A program made the position numbers and the translations under genes. From Ascoidea asiatica JCM 7603 (taxonomy: Eukaryota > Fungi > Ascomycota): a stretch of DNA of 64,000 nt. Location of the stretch: assembly GCA_001600695.1 (NCBI GenBank), contig BCKQ01000006.1, forward strand, positions 549,937-613,936, in the 5' to 3' direction. How positions within the stretch are numbered: position 1 is the stretch's first letter; each line of letters begins with the position of its first letter. Below are positions 10,669-21,731 of this stretch, piece by piece. The notes under the pieces were generated by a model. It did not search any database. It saw only the letters and a list, made by a program, of their open reading frames with translations, and was not told the origin of the DNA.

Positions 10669-12159
10669 TTAAGCATTATTATTATCAAGATGTAATTCTT
10701 CAAATTCAATATCTGAAGTATTTTCATTATAATTATCTGATATATTCTCAGGACTTGAATAATTTACTTTTGATTGATTAAATCTAAAATAATTATACCA
10801 AATTATATCAATTAATGAGATTACTAAACCAATTGAATTTATGAAATTCAATGAATCACCAAATACAATTACAGAAGCAATAATTGTTAATAATTCTTTA
10901 AAAATTCCTGCAATTGATAAAGTGACAACATGAGATCTTTGCAATAAAGCAAATTCAAAAAAAGTCATAAAAAATGCTAAAATTCCTGGAATAATTAAAA
11001 GAATTATTGTTAAGAGTATACCTTTTTCAGACCAAATATTATTGTGCATGAATGATTTGAAATCCTCTAAAATTAAACCAAAAAAAATCAAAAAAATACT
11101 TGTAACTGGAGCTAAATAAAATATAGTTGAGATTGGATTTGAAGTGAATTTATTTTTTTTCAATAATAATTGAGTAAAAGCCCATCTTATACCAGACATT
11201 ATTGAAGAACCTAAAACTAAACAAAATCCAAGAATTTGTAAAGGAGTGAAAGAATTAAAAGAAGTACTATTGCCAATAGTTGTACTATCTTGATCAATTG
11301 GGATTTTATTTGAATCTTCACCACCTGCAACTAATAACATTATACCAAAACACATTACAGAAACTATTCCAGCAATTGTCCAAGAAGCTTTTTCAAGACC
11401 AAATAATATACCAAATAATAATACAAACATTAATGAAGAAGATTTTACCATTGTGTAAAAGGATAAAGTTATGAATTTTAAACTTGCATTTCCTGCACCT
11501 ATATCTCCCGCAGATGCCAAGGCACAAGGTATTATTGAAATTAAATAAACTCTTGGTTCCATTAAAAGTTGTTTAAAATTGAAATTATTTATATTGTTTA
11601 TAGGTATATTATTACTCGGTATAATACCAATTTTATTATCATTTGGTCTTAAAGATGGAACTAAAAATAAAATTGTAGATGATAATAGAAATAAAGTTAA
11701 TTGATGTAAAGCAGTTATAGTTACAGGATATGGTAAATTTATATTCGGGTTACTAAACATCCATTTATTGTACATTGAAATTGAGATTGAAAAAACATAC
11801 CAGCCTATGATACAAAAAATAGATTCAATTGTATTTTTTGTTTTTAAAAATTTGACAATTGATTTGAAACTTATGTTTTCATTTGTGATATTATTGTTAG
11901 TATTATTATTAGTTCTTGAAATTGAATCAGATAATGATGATGGAGAAGTAGACTGAAATTTTAATTGAGACTGGGATTTTGATTGAGATTGTAGTTGAGA
12001 CTGAGATTCGGATTCAGATAAAGACCGGGTTAATAAAGATTGTTCAGCTTCATTTAAATCATTTGAATCTTTCCTTGGTGTTATTTTCAAATTTGATTTT
12101 GAATATGAATATGAATGTGCTCTTGAGTGAGTAGGTAAATTGTATTTTGAATTACTCAT
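10669..12159 (-). CDS. YMD8: Nucleotide-sugar/triose-phosphate transporter family protein (SLC35C2-like)
   Basis: GWYVFSISISMYNKWMF, ASAGDIG..N.SL..ITLSFYTMVKSSSL.FVLLFG..FGLEK, TLSIAGIFKELLTI; multiple TM helices. Confidence 0.85.
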   Translation of the reverse strand: MSNSKYNLPTHSRAHSYSYSKSNLKITPRKDSNDLNEAEQSLLTRSLSESESQSQLQSQSKSQSQLKFQSTSPSSLSDSISRTNNNTNNNITNENISFKSIVKFLKTKNTIESIFCIIGWYVFSISISMYNKWMFSNPNINLPYPVTITALHQLTLFLLSSTILFLVPSLRPNDNKIGIIPSNNIPINNINNFNFKQLLMEPRVYLISIIPCALASAGDIGAGNASLKFITLSFYTMVKSSSLMFVLLFGILFGLEKASWTIAGIVSVMCFGIMLLVAGGEDSNKIPIDQDSTTIGNSTSFNSFTPLQILGFCLVLGSSIMSGIRWAFTQLLLKKNKFTSNPISTIFYLAPVTSIFLIFFGLILEDFKSFMHNNIWSEKGILLTIILLIIPGILAFFMTFFEFALLQRSHVVTLSIAGIFKELLTIIASVIVFGDSLNFINSIGLVISLIDIIWYNYFRFNQSKVNYSSPENISDNYNENTSDIEFEELHLDNNNA

Positions 12160-12927
12160 TATTGAAAAAGTTAAAGTAATTTTAGAAAATGAAATACCAA
12201 ATTATAATTTAAATTGATAAAAAAGTGAATGAAATAAAAGAAAATTATCACTATTGATATAACTTTAATAAATGATAAATTTAAAGGATAGAAAATAAAT
12301 AAAAAATTGTAATATTTATTTTAAGAATTGAAATATTTATTTTTAAATTAAGCCCGGTACTGGAAGCAAAGAACAAAATAAACCACAGGATGAAAATAAA
12401 AAGTTTATGAAATGTGTAAATATAAACAAATGGATTAAATTAAGAATAAACCCACATGAGAGTTTAATATTTCTGACTTGGAATGAAATACTCTTGAATA
12501 TTAAATATTAAATATTGTCTGATAGTGTCTTATTAATTAATAAATTGACTGATATAATAAATTGTAAAAATTCTAAAATTAATATAGAAATATAGAAAAC
12601 ATAGAAAATAATAAAGATTGATTTATTGAAATATCCAGTGAAATAATATAAATTTCTGGCAACGTTAGCAAGAAGTGTTTTTTTGGTGAATCAAGCATGG
12701 CGCAAGCGTGAAGAAAACTGCTGCGTATACGCAGGTTAATACTTGTTAATACTTGCTAATACAGCTAACAGTTTTAAATTTGGTACTTAAATGATCACAT
12801 GATTTTATGGTATTATTCATGTTATTTTGGGTAATTATTTACCCCGGATATATACTGGCAGTTATTCAAAAGTATTTTTTTTTATACAGATAAATAGGTA
12901 TCAGAGAGTATTTATTTTTTTACAAAA

Positions 12928-14952
12928 TTACAATTTACTACTTCTTTTGTTATTTGATTCATTATCACCAAAGAATATAACAGTTACTGTTAAATCATCT
13001 CTGTATCTTCTTGACCATGGTGAAGGTATACTAAGTAACATTTTACCTTCTTCTGCTTTATTTACATCACAATTACTTAACGCATTTCTAATTAAATGAG
13101 TTGCACAATTATCATCTTTGATAAAAGTTTTAACTATTGCTGTTTCATTATTCTTACTATTTTTATTATGTGTTCTAAATGGAGGTTTTAAAAATTCTTT
13201 ATTTTTTGAATCTGTTATATCTTGAACTTTTGGTAAAATTCCAATACTTGAATTTTTTAATAAATTTTCATTAGAATATGATTTTATTAAATTAATTGGA
13301 TTTAATTTTGATAATTCTTTTAAAGAAAATTCTTTTTTCATATGATTATCTAAATATCCATTAATATTATTAAAATTTTGTTTTTTCATCCATTGTATAA
13401 CTAAACCTGCAATTTCTTCATTTGATAACATTTCATATAATCCATCAGTAGCTAAAATTAAAAATTGTTGTTTTTCAGGTTCAATTTTAACACTTGTAAT
13501 TACAGGTTCTGCAGTTACATATGGTGGAGTTTTTAAATAATTTGAATATTGTCTACCAAAAAATTCAGCAGAAATTTTATCTTGTAAATTTGAATTCCAT
13601 TTATATCTTGCATCACCAAAAGATCTTGAAGGTTCTAAAGATCCTAGAACTCTACCTCTTTTAATTACATCTTTTTCACCAGGATGTAAAGATTTAATTC
13701 TTTTAACTTCTTCTGGATTTGAACCAGTTTGATCAATACTTAAAGATTTAACAGTCCAATCATTTTTTTCAGTTTCAAAAGAACCTAAAATTGCTCTTGA
13801 ATCACCAGTTACAGCAATTTTTAAAATATTTGAATTTGAATCAAAAAATGAAACTAAACTACATGAACCAGACATTGCAGGCATTAATAATTCAGTTGCA
13901 TTTAATAATCTTGAATTTTTATCTTTAATATTAAATAAATTTTCAATATTTTTATTAATTAATTTATCATCTAATTTCAAGAAACCTAATTTAATTGAAT
14001 TATCAACAATTTTTGAAAATTCTTTTGGATTTGAATAATATAAAGATCTTAATTTATACTCATTTTTACTATTTTTAAAATTTTGTTTTGAATTATTAGT
14101 TGAATTATTATTATCATTTTGTTGAAAATAAGCAATTGATAATTCTTTTATAACATAATCAATTAATTCTTCTTTTAATCTTGCACTTGTTGTCCAACCT
14201 GCATGACCATCATAAACGCCCCAAAACATCCAATCCATTACATTATCATTAGTGCTTTTATTAGTTTCAATTTCATTATTTGATGAAAGGGATAATGGAA
14301 TTTGAATTATTTTTTCAGATCTATCATCTTCAATTGGACTATTTGAAGGTAATTGAGATATATCATATCTAATTAAGTTATCTTTACTATTATTATTATC
14401 ATTATTGCTTCTTTTTACATTATAAGATTCTTGAAATTTACTTATTCTTTCAGTGAATTGTTCATCCGATAACATTTCCAAATTTAGTTTACTTTCTTTT
14501 TGAGTATTTGCAAAAGTTGAAAAATAATTAATTTGATTTCCAGTTGGATTATTGTTATTATTATTATTACTATTGATATTGTTGTTATTATTATTATTAT
14601 TGATATTATTTGGAGAATCAGATAGAATTTTACTTGATTTCAATAACTGAAATCTACTATTTATATTAGAAGAATATAAATAAGATAAAAACACAACTCC
14701 AGAAGCTAAGAAAATATTAAATGATCTTCTCATTGTTTTTTTTCTATAAGTTAATAAATTATCTTTACTATTATTTGTAATAATATTCTTAATATTTGAA
14801 TTGAATAAAAATCTATTTTGCTGATTTAAATTATGATTAAGTGAATTAAGTTTACCTAAAAAGATTGAATTGGCGGTTATAGAATTTTTGTAGGACAACC
14901 TTTTGATAATATTTACGTTATTATTCAATACTCTTGATTTTAAAGGAATCAT
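12928..14952 (-). CDS. PTC5: Mitochondrial PP2C pyruvate dehydrogenase phosphatase
   Basis: RYDISQLPSNSPIEDDR, FWGVYDGHAGW, GDSRAILG, LILATDGL, RRYRDDLTVTVIFF. Likely start is the ATG at 14952 (MIPLKSRV, basic presequence); the track's 15186 start is a TTG. Confidence 0.9.
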   Translation of the reverse strand: MIPLKSRVLNNNVNIIKRLSYKNSITANSIFLGKLNSLNHNLNQQNRFLFNSNIKNIITNNSKDNLLTYRKKTMRRSFNIFLASGVVFLSYLYSSNINSRFQLLKSSKILSDSPNNINNNNNNNNINSNNNNNNNPTGNQINYFSTFANTQKESKLNLEMLSDEQFTERISKFQESYNVKRSNNDNNNSKDNLIRYDISQLPSNSPIEDDRSEKIIQIPLSLSSNNEIETNKSTNDNVMDWMFWGVYDGHAGWTTSARLKEELIDYVIKELSIAYFQQNDNNNSTNNSKQNFKNSKNEYKLRSLYYSNPKEFSKIVDNSIKLGFLKLDDKLINKNIENLFNIKDKNSRLLNATELLMPAMSGSCSLVSFFDSNSNILKIAVTGDSRAILGSFETEKNDWTVKSLSIDQTGSNPEEVKRIKSLHPGEKDVIKRGRVLGSLEPSRSFGDARYKWNSNLQDKISAEFFGRQYSNYLKTPPYVTAEPVITSVKIEPEKQQFLILATDGLYEMLSNEEIAGLVIQWMKKQNFNNINGYLDNHMKKEFSLKELSKLNPINLIKSYSNENLLKNSSIGILPKVQDITDSKNKEFLKPPFRTHNKNSKNNETAIVKTFIKDDNCATHLIRNALSNCDVNKAEEGKMLLSIPSPWSRRYRDDLTVTVIFFGDNESNNKRSSKL

Positions 14953-15515
14953 TTTTAAGAAGATCAAATTAAAAAAAAAGATTTCAAATATATATTTCTT
15001 TAAGTATCTACTGAGTACTACAATTATAAAATTGAATTGTTGAATTGAATATTTTGAATAATTAAAATGTGAACAAAAGTTTTGTTTATTTATCTTCTTT
15101 ATCATTTTTCCTGTGGGATGCGATTGAAGATTTGACTTTGGTGCTGTTTTGTGTTTGAGAAAGTCTATATTTAGGACACGCGGCAAATATCTAGGACGTC
15201 TATATTTGTTGCTCTTTACGAACTAATTGTTACGAGGGTATATTTTGTAAAGTCCCGTGTTTAATTTGCTTCTATTCCGGTCTAGTTTTGGGTCTTTGGT
15301 GTGTAAGAATAATTTTAAAGGCTGGGATTGGTTCGTTATGCTGCCAGACAGAGTTGGTGTTGGAAGGAAGCTTTAGAGTGAGAGAGATTATTAGTTCAGA
15401 ATAAGATATTCTTGTGTATTATCGAAGATAATATCATTAACAACAACAACAAAAAAGATAAATTGATCACACAATAGATAATAATAATATAATAAATAAT
15501 AATAATAAGAATAAA

Positions 15516-15893
15516 ATGCCTACAGTTCAAGATTTACCTCCAGTTGGAGGATATGAACCAGTTCAATGGAAAAGACATTTACCATCAAGAGGATTTAGAC
15601 CAAAGGTTTGGTTATTTGGAATGATTGCAATAATGGGATATGGTTTTTATAAAGCAAATAGAGCAATAAGGGAAAGAACAGAATTAAAAAGAGAAAAAAT
15701 TTGGTCAAGAATTCATTTAACACCATTATTAATTGCAGAAAGTGATAGAAATTTAGTAAGAAGAGCTATTTCTGATAAAGCTAGAGAAAAAGAAATTATG
15801 AAAGATGTTAAAGGTTGGGATGTTGAAGAAAAAATTTATAGTGATGGTAAATTTAGAACTCCAACATTTTCATATTCTGATGTTTCCAAATAA
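15516..15893 (+). CDS. NADH:ubiquinone oxidoreductase (complex I) subunit B16.6/GRIM-19 (NDUFA13 orthologue)
   Basis: QDLPPVGGYEPVQWKRHLPSRGF, a single TM segment, RIHLTPLLIAESDR, EIMKDVKGW. Confidence 0.95.
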   Translation: MPTVQDLPPVGGYEPVQWKRHLPSRGFRPKVWLFGMIAIMGYGFYKANRAIRERTELKREKIWSRIHLTPLLIAESDRNLVRRAISDKAREKEIMKDVKGWDVEEKIYSDGKFRTPTFSYSDVSK

Positions 15894-16079
15894 TTTATAA
15901 AATAATCTACAAAATAATTTACAAAATAATCTACAAAATAATTTATGAAATTATTTAAAAAATTCTAAGAAAAAAAAATTTGATTTTCTATTATATTCTA
16001 TTCTATTCTAATTGATTCATTCATTTATCTATTGTAAGCAATATCTACAGAGATTTAACTATAGGATAATATCTTCAAC

Positions 16080-17009
16080 TTAATCTTCAACTAATTTATA
16101 TAAATCACCAAGTTGAGTTGCAAAATAATCTGGAATAACTTCATTATCTTGTGAAAATAATTCATCTTTAGTTGTTATACCAGATAAAACTAATAAAGTA
16201 CTTATACCACCATCAATACCAAATTTCATATCAGTATTTAATCTATCACCAATCATTATTGTTTTTTCTTTTTTAAAATCTTTATAATTATTAAAAATTA
16301 AATTTAACATATTTTGATTTGGTTTACCACAAAATATTGGATCTCTACCACTTGAAACTTGTAAAGTTGAAATTATTGTACCTGCACCAGGTAATTTTAC
16401 ACCATTATTTGGAAATGTTGAGTCTGTATTTGTACCAATAAATTTTATATTTGGATTTTGTAAATATTTTAAACCAACAGCCATTCTATGATAATTAATA
16501 TTTAAATCTAAACCTGCAACAACAGAATCAACATCTTTATCAAGATTATTATAATGTTTACATTTTAATAAATCAAATTTCAGATCTAAACTTGGATCTT
16601 CACCACCGATAGCTTCAATACCAGCTTCATTTAATTCTTCTATAATACCATTCATACCCATTACAAAACTTTTTTTACAATTTAAATTTTTTAAATATAA
16701 AGCAGATGCAAAAGCAGATGAAAAAACTTCATTTTTTTGAATAAAATCTAAATCTAATTTTTTAAATTTTGAAAGATATGAATCTCTAGATTTTGTTGAA
16801 TTATTTGAAACAAAAATTAAATTTTTATTTAACTTAAATTTTAAAAATTTTAAAAATTCAGTTATATTTGGTAATAATTTACTACCTGACCATAAAACTC
16901 CATCACAATCAAATAAATAATTATCAAATTTATTAAAGAATTCTAAAACTTGTTTTTTTTCTTTTAATTCAATGGTTTTGGTAATAATATCAGTTTCATT
17001 AATTGTCAT
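16080..17009 (-). CDS. PHO13: HAD IIA p-nitrophenylphosphatase / metabolite-repair phosphatase
   Basis: FDCDGVLW, FVSNNSTKSR, CGKPNQ, MIGDRLNTDMKFG, LLVLSG. Confidence 0.93.
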   Translation of the reverse strand: MTINETDIITKTIELKEKKQVLEFFNKFDNYLFDCDGVLWSGSKLLPNITEFLKFLKFKLNKNLIFVSNNSTKSRDSYLSKFKKLDLDFIQKNEVFSSAFASALYLKNLNCKKSFVMGMNGIIEELNEAGIEAIGGEDPSLDLKFDLLKCKHYNNLDKDVDSVVAGLDLNINYHRMAVGLKYLQNPNIKFIGTNTDSTFPNNGVKLPGAGTIISTLQVSSGRDPIFCGKPNQNMLNLIFNNYKDFKKEKTIMIGDRLNTDMKFGIDGGISTLLVLSGITTKDELFSQDNEVIPDYFATQLGDLYKLVED

Positions 17010-18158
17010 TTCGAATTGGATTTATTTATTTGATTTGTTTAAAAGTAATCAAATTATTGAAGTAATTTTATTTAGTAGTTTAGATTTTTAAATTTTTAGA
17101 GAAATATTGTTCAATAAATATAAAAGAAATGAATAAAAGAAATGAATATAACTTTAATCCAAAGTTTATCAGAGTGAAGCAGATAAGCCATCTGATGACA
17201 GATTTCGAACAAACACCTCAAACATGGATACATCTGTATCACATGATGAATACTTGAGTCCATAAATTTGGTATTAGTTACTAGCCATATTTTTAAGCCT
17301 CGTTAGCGTTGCCACACTATCCGCGTCAAGAGTATCCCGGATCTTGGTGAAGATCCTCTGCGGTGGAGTTTGCGAAGCGCTGGAATAAATCTGGGGAAGA
17401 AATGTGCAGATTTGTTTCTTTTAACGCTAACTTAGCTTAGTTACCACTGCACTTACTCTTCACAAGGTCAAGTTGGCAAATAATAACCTTTCTCTCGATA
17501 AAATAAAGTAAATAAATATAAAAATAACGATAAGTAACTGAAGTTTATACAAACAAATCAACACAATATAAGATAAATATATGATCGATATTCGTTATTC
17601 TACTCAACTTGATCACAGTTTCAATCATTCTTATTAATCTTCCTTACCCTTTATTCCATTATTATACAGTAATCTTCTATTCCTTTATTATTTTATTCTT
17701 TTATTCTTCAATTTTCTCAGATATTCAATTGACTTACTCAATTGAATATTTCATATAAAATCATTTAAAAGTTACTCCCCTTTTAACTTCAATTATATTT
17801 CTTTATTTTCATTATTTGTACAGTCAAGGTAATTCAACTATCTTCGAATAATAATAAAATTTACAAGAAATAACTGATATTTTTAAATCTTTCAATTCTT
17901 AAATTATTGCATTTTTCTTTATCTGTCCATTTGTCTTAAGACATTCAATTCCTTTAGTCCAATTAGATTCTTCTTTAATATTTCATTCCTTAAGATTACC
18001 ACCGGTACCAATTTTTTTAAATAAATCTTGATCAAGTTTAATTAATCTTAAATCATTTTCAAATTTATTCTAAATCATTTTTGAATCATTTTTAAATCAA
18101 TTTTAAATCATAAATTATTTTCATTTCTTTTTTATAATTATTAATTATTATTCTAAAA

Positions 18159-19655
18159 ATGTCAGTTTATTCAACTCCTCAAGTATGTATTTTTAATCTA
18201 TTTTTCTTTTTTCACTTTTGGATTTTTAAGTTATACTTATACTTATATTTATTCTTAAATTCATTTTTATGCTAATAATAATACTAACTTAACTAATAAA
18301 TTTTAAATTAGGTTGATAGTCAAAAGCTATGTGTTATAATGGTTGGATTACCTGCAAGAGGTAAATCTTTAATAACTAGAAAAATTATAAGATATTTATC
18401 TTGGTTATCAATTAAAGCAAAATCTTTTAATGTTGGTGAATATAGAAGAAAATTTCAATCTCAACCAACTGCTGAATATTTTAATGATTTAAATAAACTG
18501 GCTTTAAAAATTAGAAATAATTCTTTAAATCTAGCTTTAAATGATCTTTTAAATTATTTTAATAATCAAAATGGTTTAGTTGGTATACTTGATGGTACAA
18601 ATATTACAAAAGAAAGAAGAGAAAAAATTTTAAATATTTTAAAAAAAAATAATATTCAATCAATGTTTCTTGAAAGTTTTTGTGATGATCAAGAAACTAT
18701 AATGCATAATATTTTAGATGTTAAAATGACAAGTCCAGATTATTCAAATTATAATAATAATGATGATCCTGATTTTATTATAAATGATTTTTTAAAAAGA
18801 ATTTCATTTTTTCAAAAAACTTATGAACCTTTAGATCAAATTTCTGATTCTGATAAATCTTTTATAAAATTAATTAATGTTGCTCAACAAATAATTATAA
18901 ATAAAATTGAAACTTATTTACAATCAAGAATTGTTTATTTTGTAATGAATTTACATGTTAGACCAAGAACAATTTGGTTATCAAGACACGGTGAATCAAT
19001 GTATAATTTAGAAGGTAAAATTGGTGGTGATGCAGGTTTATCACCAAGAGGTTTAAAATATTCTGAAAAATTACCAGATTTAGTTAAACAAAGTGCAGGT
19101 GATAGAAATTTAACAGTTTGGATTTCAACTTTAAAAAGAACTTCAGAAACTTCACAACATTTACCTTATAGAAAATTACAATGGAAAGCTTTAGATGAAT
19201 TAGATGCAGGAGTTTGTGATGGTATGACATATGAAGAAATTGAAAATAAATATCCAGAAGATTTTAAAGCAAGAGATGATAATAAATATGAATATCGTTA
19301 CAGAGGTGGTGAATCTTATAGAGATGTTGTAATTAGATTAGAACCAATTATTATGGAATTAGAAAGACAAGAAAATATTTTAATTGTAACTCATCAAGCT
19401 GTTTTAAGATGTATTTATGCATATTTTATGAATATACCTCAAGAAGAAAGTCCATGGATGTCAATTCCTTTACATACTTTAATTAAATTAGAACCAAGAG
19501 CTTATGGTACAAATGTTACAAGAATTAAAGCAAATATTCCTGCTGTTAGTACTTATAAAGAAAAAGGTACAAGTCAATTAGGTGAAAATTTTACTAGTAG
19601 TTCAAATAAAAGTAAAAATCTTATTACAAATGCTAAAGAAGAATCAATTTTATAA
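18159..19655 (+). CDS. FBP26: Fructose-2,6-bisphosphatase/6-phosphofructo-2-kinase; two exons (18159-18182, 18312-19655), 455 aa
   Basis: Exon 1 MSVYSTPQ joins in frame to VDSQKLCVIMVGLPARGKS; P-loop, RHGES phosphohistidine motif, ALDELDAGVCDGMTYEEI. Confidence 0.93.
18183..18311 (+). other. Spliceosomal intron of FBP26 (129 nt)
   Basis: GTATGT donor at 18183, TACTAAC at 18282-18288, TAG acceptor ending 18311; phase 0, frame preserved. Confidence 0.92.
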
Positions 19656-20266
19656 TAAACTTTTGATTAAATTTCTTATTAAATCATTAAACTATTTGAT
19701 TATTCAATTATCTTTAGCTAATTGTGTTATATTCTTTATTTATATTTGCTACTCAACTAATTATAGCCATCCTCTTTTTTTTTTTTGCTTTTTTTCTATA
19801 TTTCTGGCTGTTTTAATTTTATTCAAATTATCCATCTTGTTTATTTTTTATTTTTACATTTTAGTTTTATTTTTTTTTTTATCTTATACATATTATAGTT
19901 TAATAGTTTACAAATTATCTGAAAATTAATCAAAGTTTTATTTAAAATTTCTAAATATTCTTCAATAAATAGTATTTAAATATTGTTTAAAATCAGTGTA
20001 ACATATTATTCAATGTAAAACTACATCTAGCTATAGATTCAGATGGAATAGTTAATTCTAAGTTATTTGCTCATTGAATATTCAAAAGTACAATAGAATT
20101 AAACTAATTTCTCATTCAGATTATCTTCCGAATATTCAGATTATCTTTTAACCAAGGGCTAATTACTGCCCTTTTTATTATTATTGTTATTATTTTATTA
20201 CAACCCTAATTAGTTGGTAAGCATTGCTTGTTAAAGATTGAAGTTCAGCGCTTTAAAATAGACCGA

Positions 20267-20294
20267 CCGGGTAACAGTTCCAAATCATATAAAA
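20267..20294 (+). promoter_or_regulatory. U1 snRNA promoter: Reb1-type site and TATA box
   Basis: CCGGGTAA at 20267-20274 and TATAAAA at 20288-20294, about 55 nt upstream of the U1 5' end. Confidence 0.7.
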
Positions 20295-20345
20295 GGAGTT
20301 GGAATCCTCTTAGACTTTGTCTTCTTTTTTCCTTTTTATTTCTTC

Positions 20346-20480
20346 ATACTTACCTTGAGACGTCATTGGAGCTCATGAAGTCCATATGGCCAGAGGTTTC
20401 TGTTTACATTGCACAGCGTATCAGATTCTTTTGCTGATTCTCCTCTGGGGAATGCAGGTCTCAAAATTTTTGATTTTGGT
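20346..20480 (+). ncRNA. SNR19: U1 spliceosomal snRNA (compact; 3' end approximate)
   Basis: 5' ATACTTACCT; closing helix TTGAGAC (20355-61)/GTCTCAA (20458-64); stem I with 10-nt loop GCTCATGAAG (U1-70K site variant); stem II CAGAGG/CCTCTG containing CATTGCAC (U1A site); Sm site AATTTTTGA at 20465-20473. Confidence 0.93.
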
Positions 20481-21028
20481 TTTTTGTTTACTCAATTGTA
20501 AATAATTGAACATTTGTTGTTAAATACAATATTTTTTTAAATTTTATAAAGCTTAGTAGTTTTTAGAATATAAAAGAATATTGTTTATACTACTTTCGGT
20601 TTATTTTGGGTTGTTATTGTATGGTTTTATTAAATTAATTAGAATTGTTTGCTAATTGTTTTGTTTTTTGTTGTTTTTGTTTCAAAACATTGTTTTTTTA
20701 TCATTGAACAAATTTTTTTTTCCAGCGCTTATTTTTAATTTTAGTATTTGTTTTCTTTTGCAATTGAAATTATTTGAATCGAATTTATATATAAATTTTA
20801 TATTCAAAGGAAATGAAAATATAAAAACTTTCAAATTTAAATATAATTTAATAAATTACTTCTTCAATTTTTTGTTCAAATTTCAAAATAAATATTCATA
20901 AACCATATTTTGAAAAAAATTTTACTTTTTCAAGCGATATAATCAAATACTATTTATTAATAATACTTAAAAATAAAAACAACTAAAAATCAATCAAGTT
21001 GAAAAATAAATAAAAACTAAAATAGAAA

Positions 21029-21370
21029 GAATGTTTGCAACATGGTTTTACCCAACTAATTATCAGCCAACGGCCATTTAGAGGATTTAGGAATATGATG
21101 CTACGAATTATCTGGCTGAGCTCAATCTCAATTTCAATAAAGACACCAAGAGAACTCAAAACCAACTCGCTTGATATATAATTTGTCGACTGAGCACCCC
21201 TGTTTCAATACAATAAATTGCCAATTGAATTTAAAAACTGCTCAAAACTAATGATAAATCAAAAGGACCAATTTTTAAAAACACAATTTAAACTGCCTCA
21301 CTAGAGCCGATCTGCTATAAAAACTTACTACAATATAAGTAAAACCGAAGTTAAACAAATACTGAGGGTT
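21029..21370 (-). ncRNA. SNR30: snR30/U17 box H/ACA snoRNA (18S rRNA processing); 5' end approximate
   Basis: On the minus strand: H box AGATAA (21113-21108), m1 ATATTCCTA (21096-21088), m2 AAACCAT (21048-21042), basal stem GTAGCAT/ATGTTGC, ACA at 21034-21032 then a U-rich tract. TATAAA at about 21453-21448; start placed at AACCCTCAG (21370) by analogy with yeast snR30. Confidence 0.88.
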
Positions 21371-21731
21371 AATACAACACAAATTAATAATGATTAAAAA
21401 GAGGAAATAAAAAAAATTAAAATAAAAAAAGAAGAAATGTTCTCTTATTTATACAAGCTCAATGAAAATTTGAGCCTAATAATATTATGAAAAACTTTTT
21501 TGGGCTGTGGGATTACGTAATCATGGGTGTTTTTTTAGTAAGTTTACGATAAAAGTGTCAATATTTTCAAAATCATCAAGAACTTGAACATTTATGTGGA
21601 ATCAAGTATATTTTACGTAGAAATGAGAATAATTCTTTTACATTCTTTTAGACATATCACATAAACAATAAATTAAATTAAACTAAGATAAACTAAACTA
21701 AATTAAAATAAATTATTAATAAAAATGAAAA

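Noticed and set aside
14953-15186. N-terminal extension of PTC5 in the ORF track
   Set aside because: TTG start running through promoter/UTR sequence; the ATG at 14952 gives a plausible presequence.
20228-21165. Short ORFs 20228-20437, 20656-20901 and 20983-21165
   Set aside because: They overlap U1, the AT-rich spacer and snR30; non-ATG starts.
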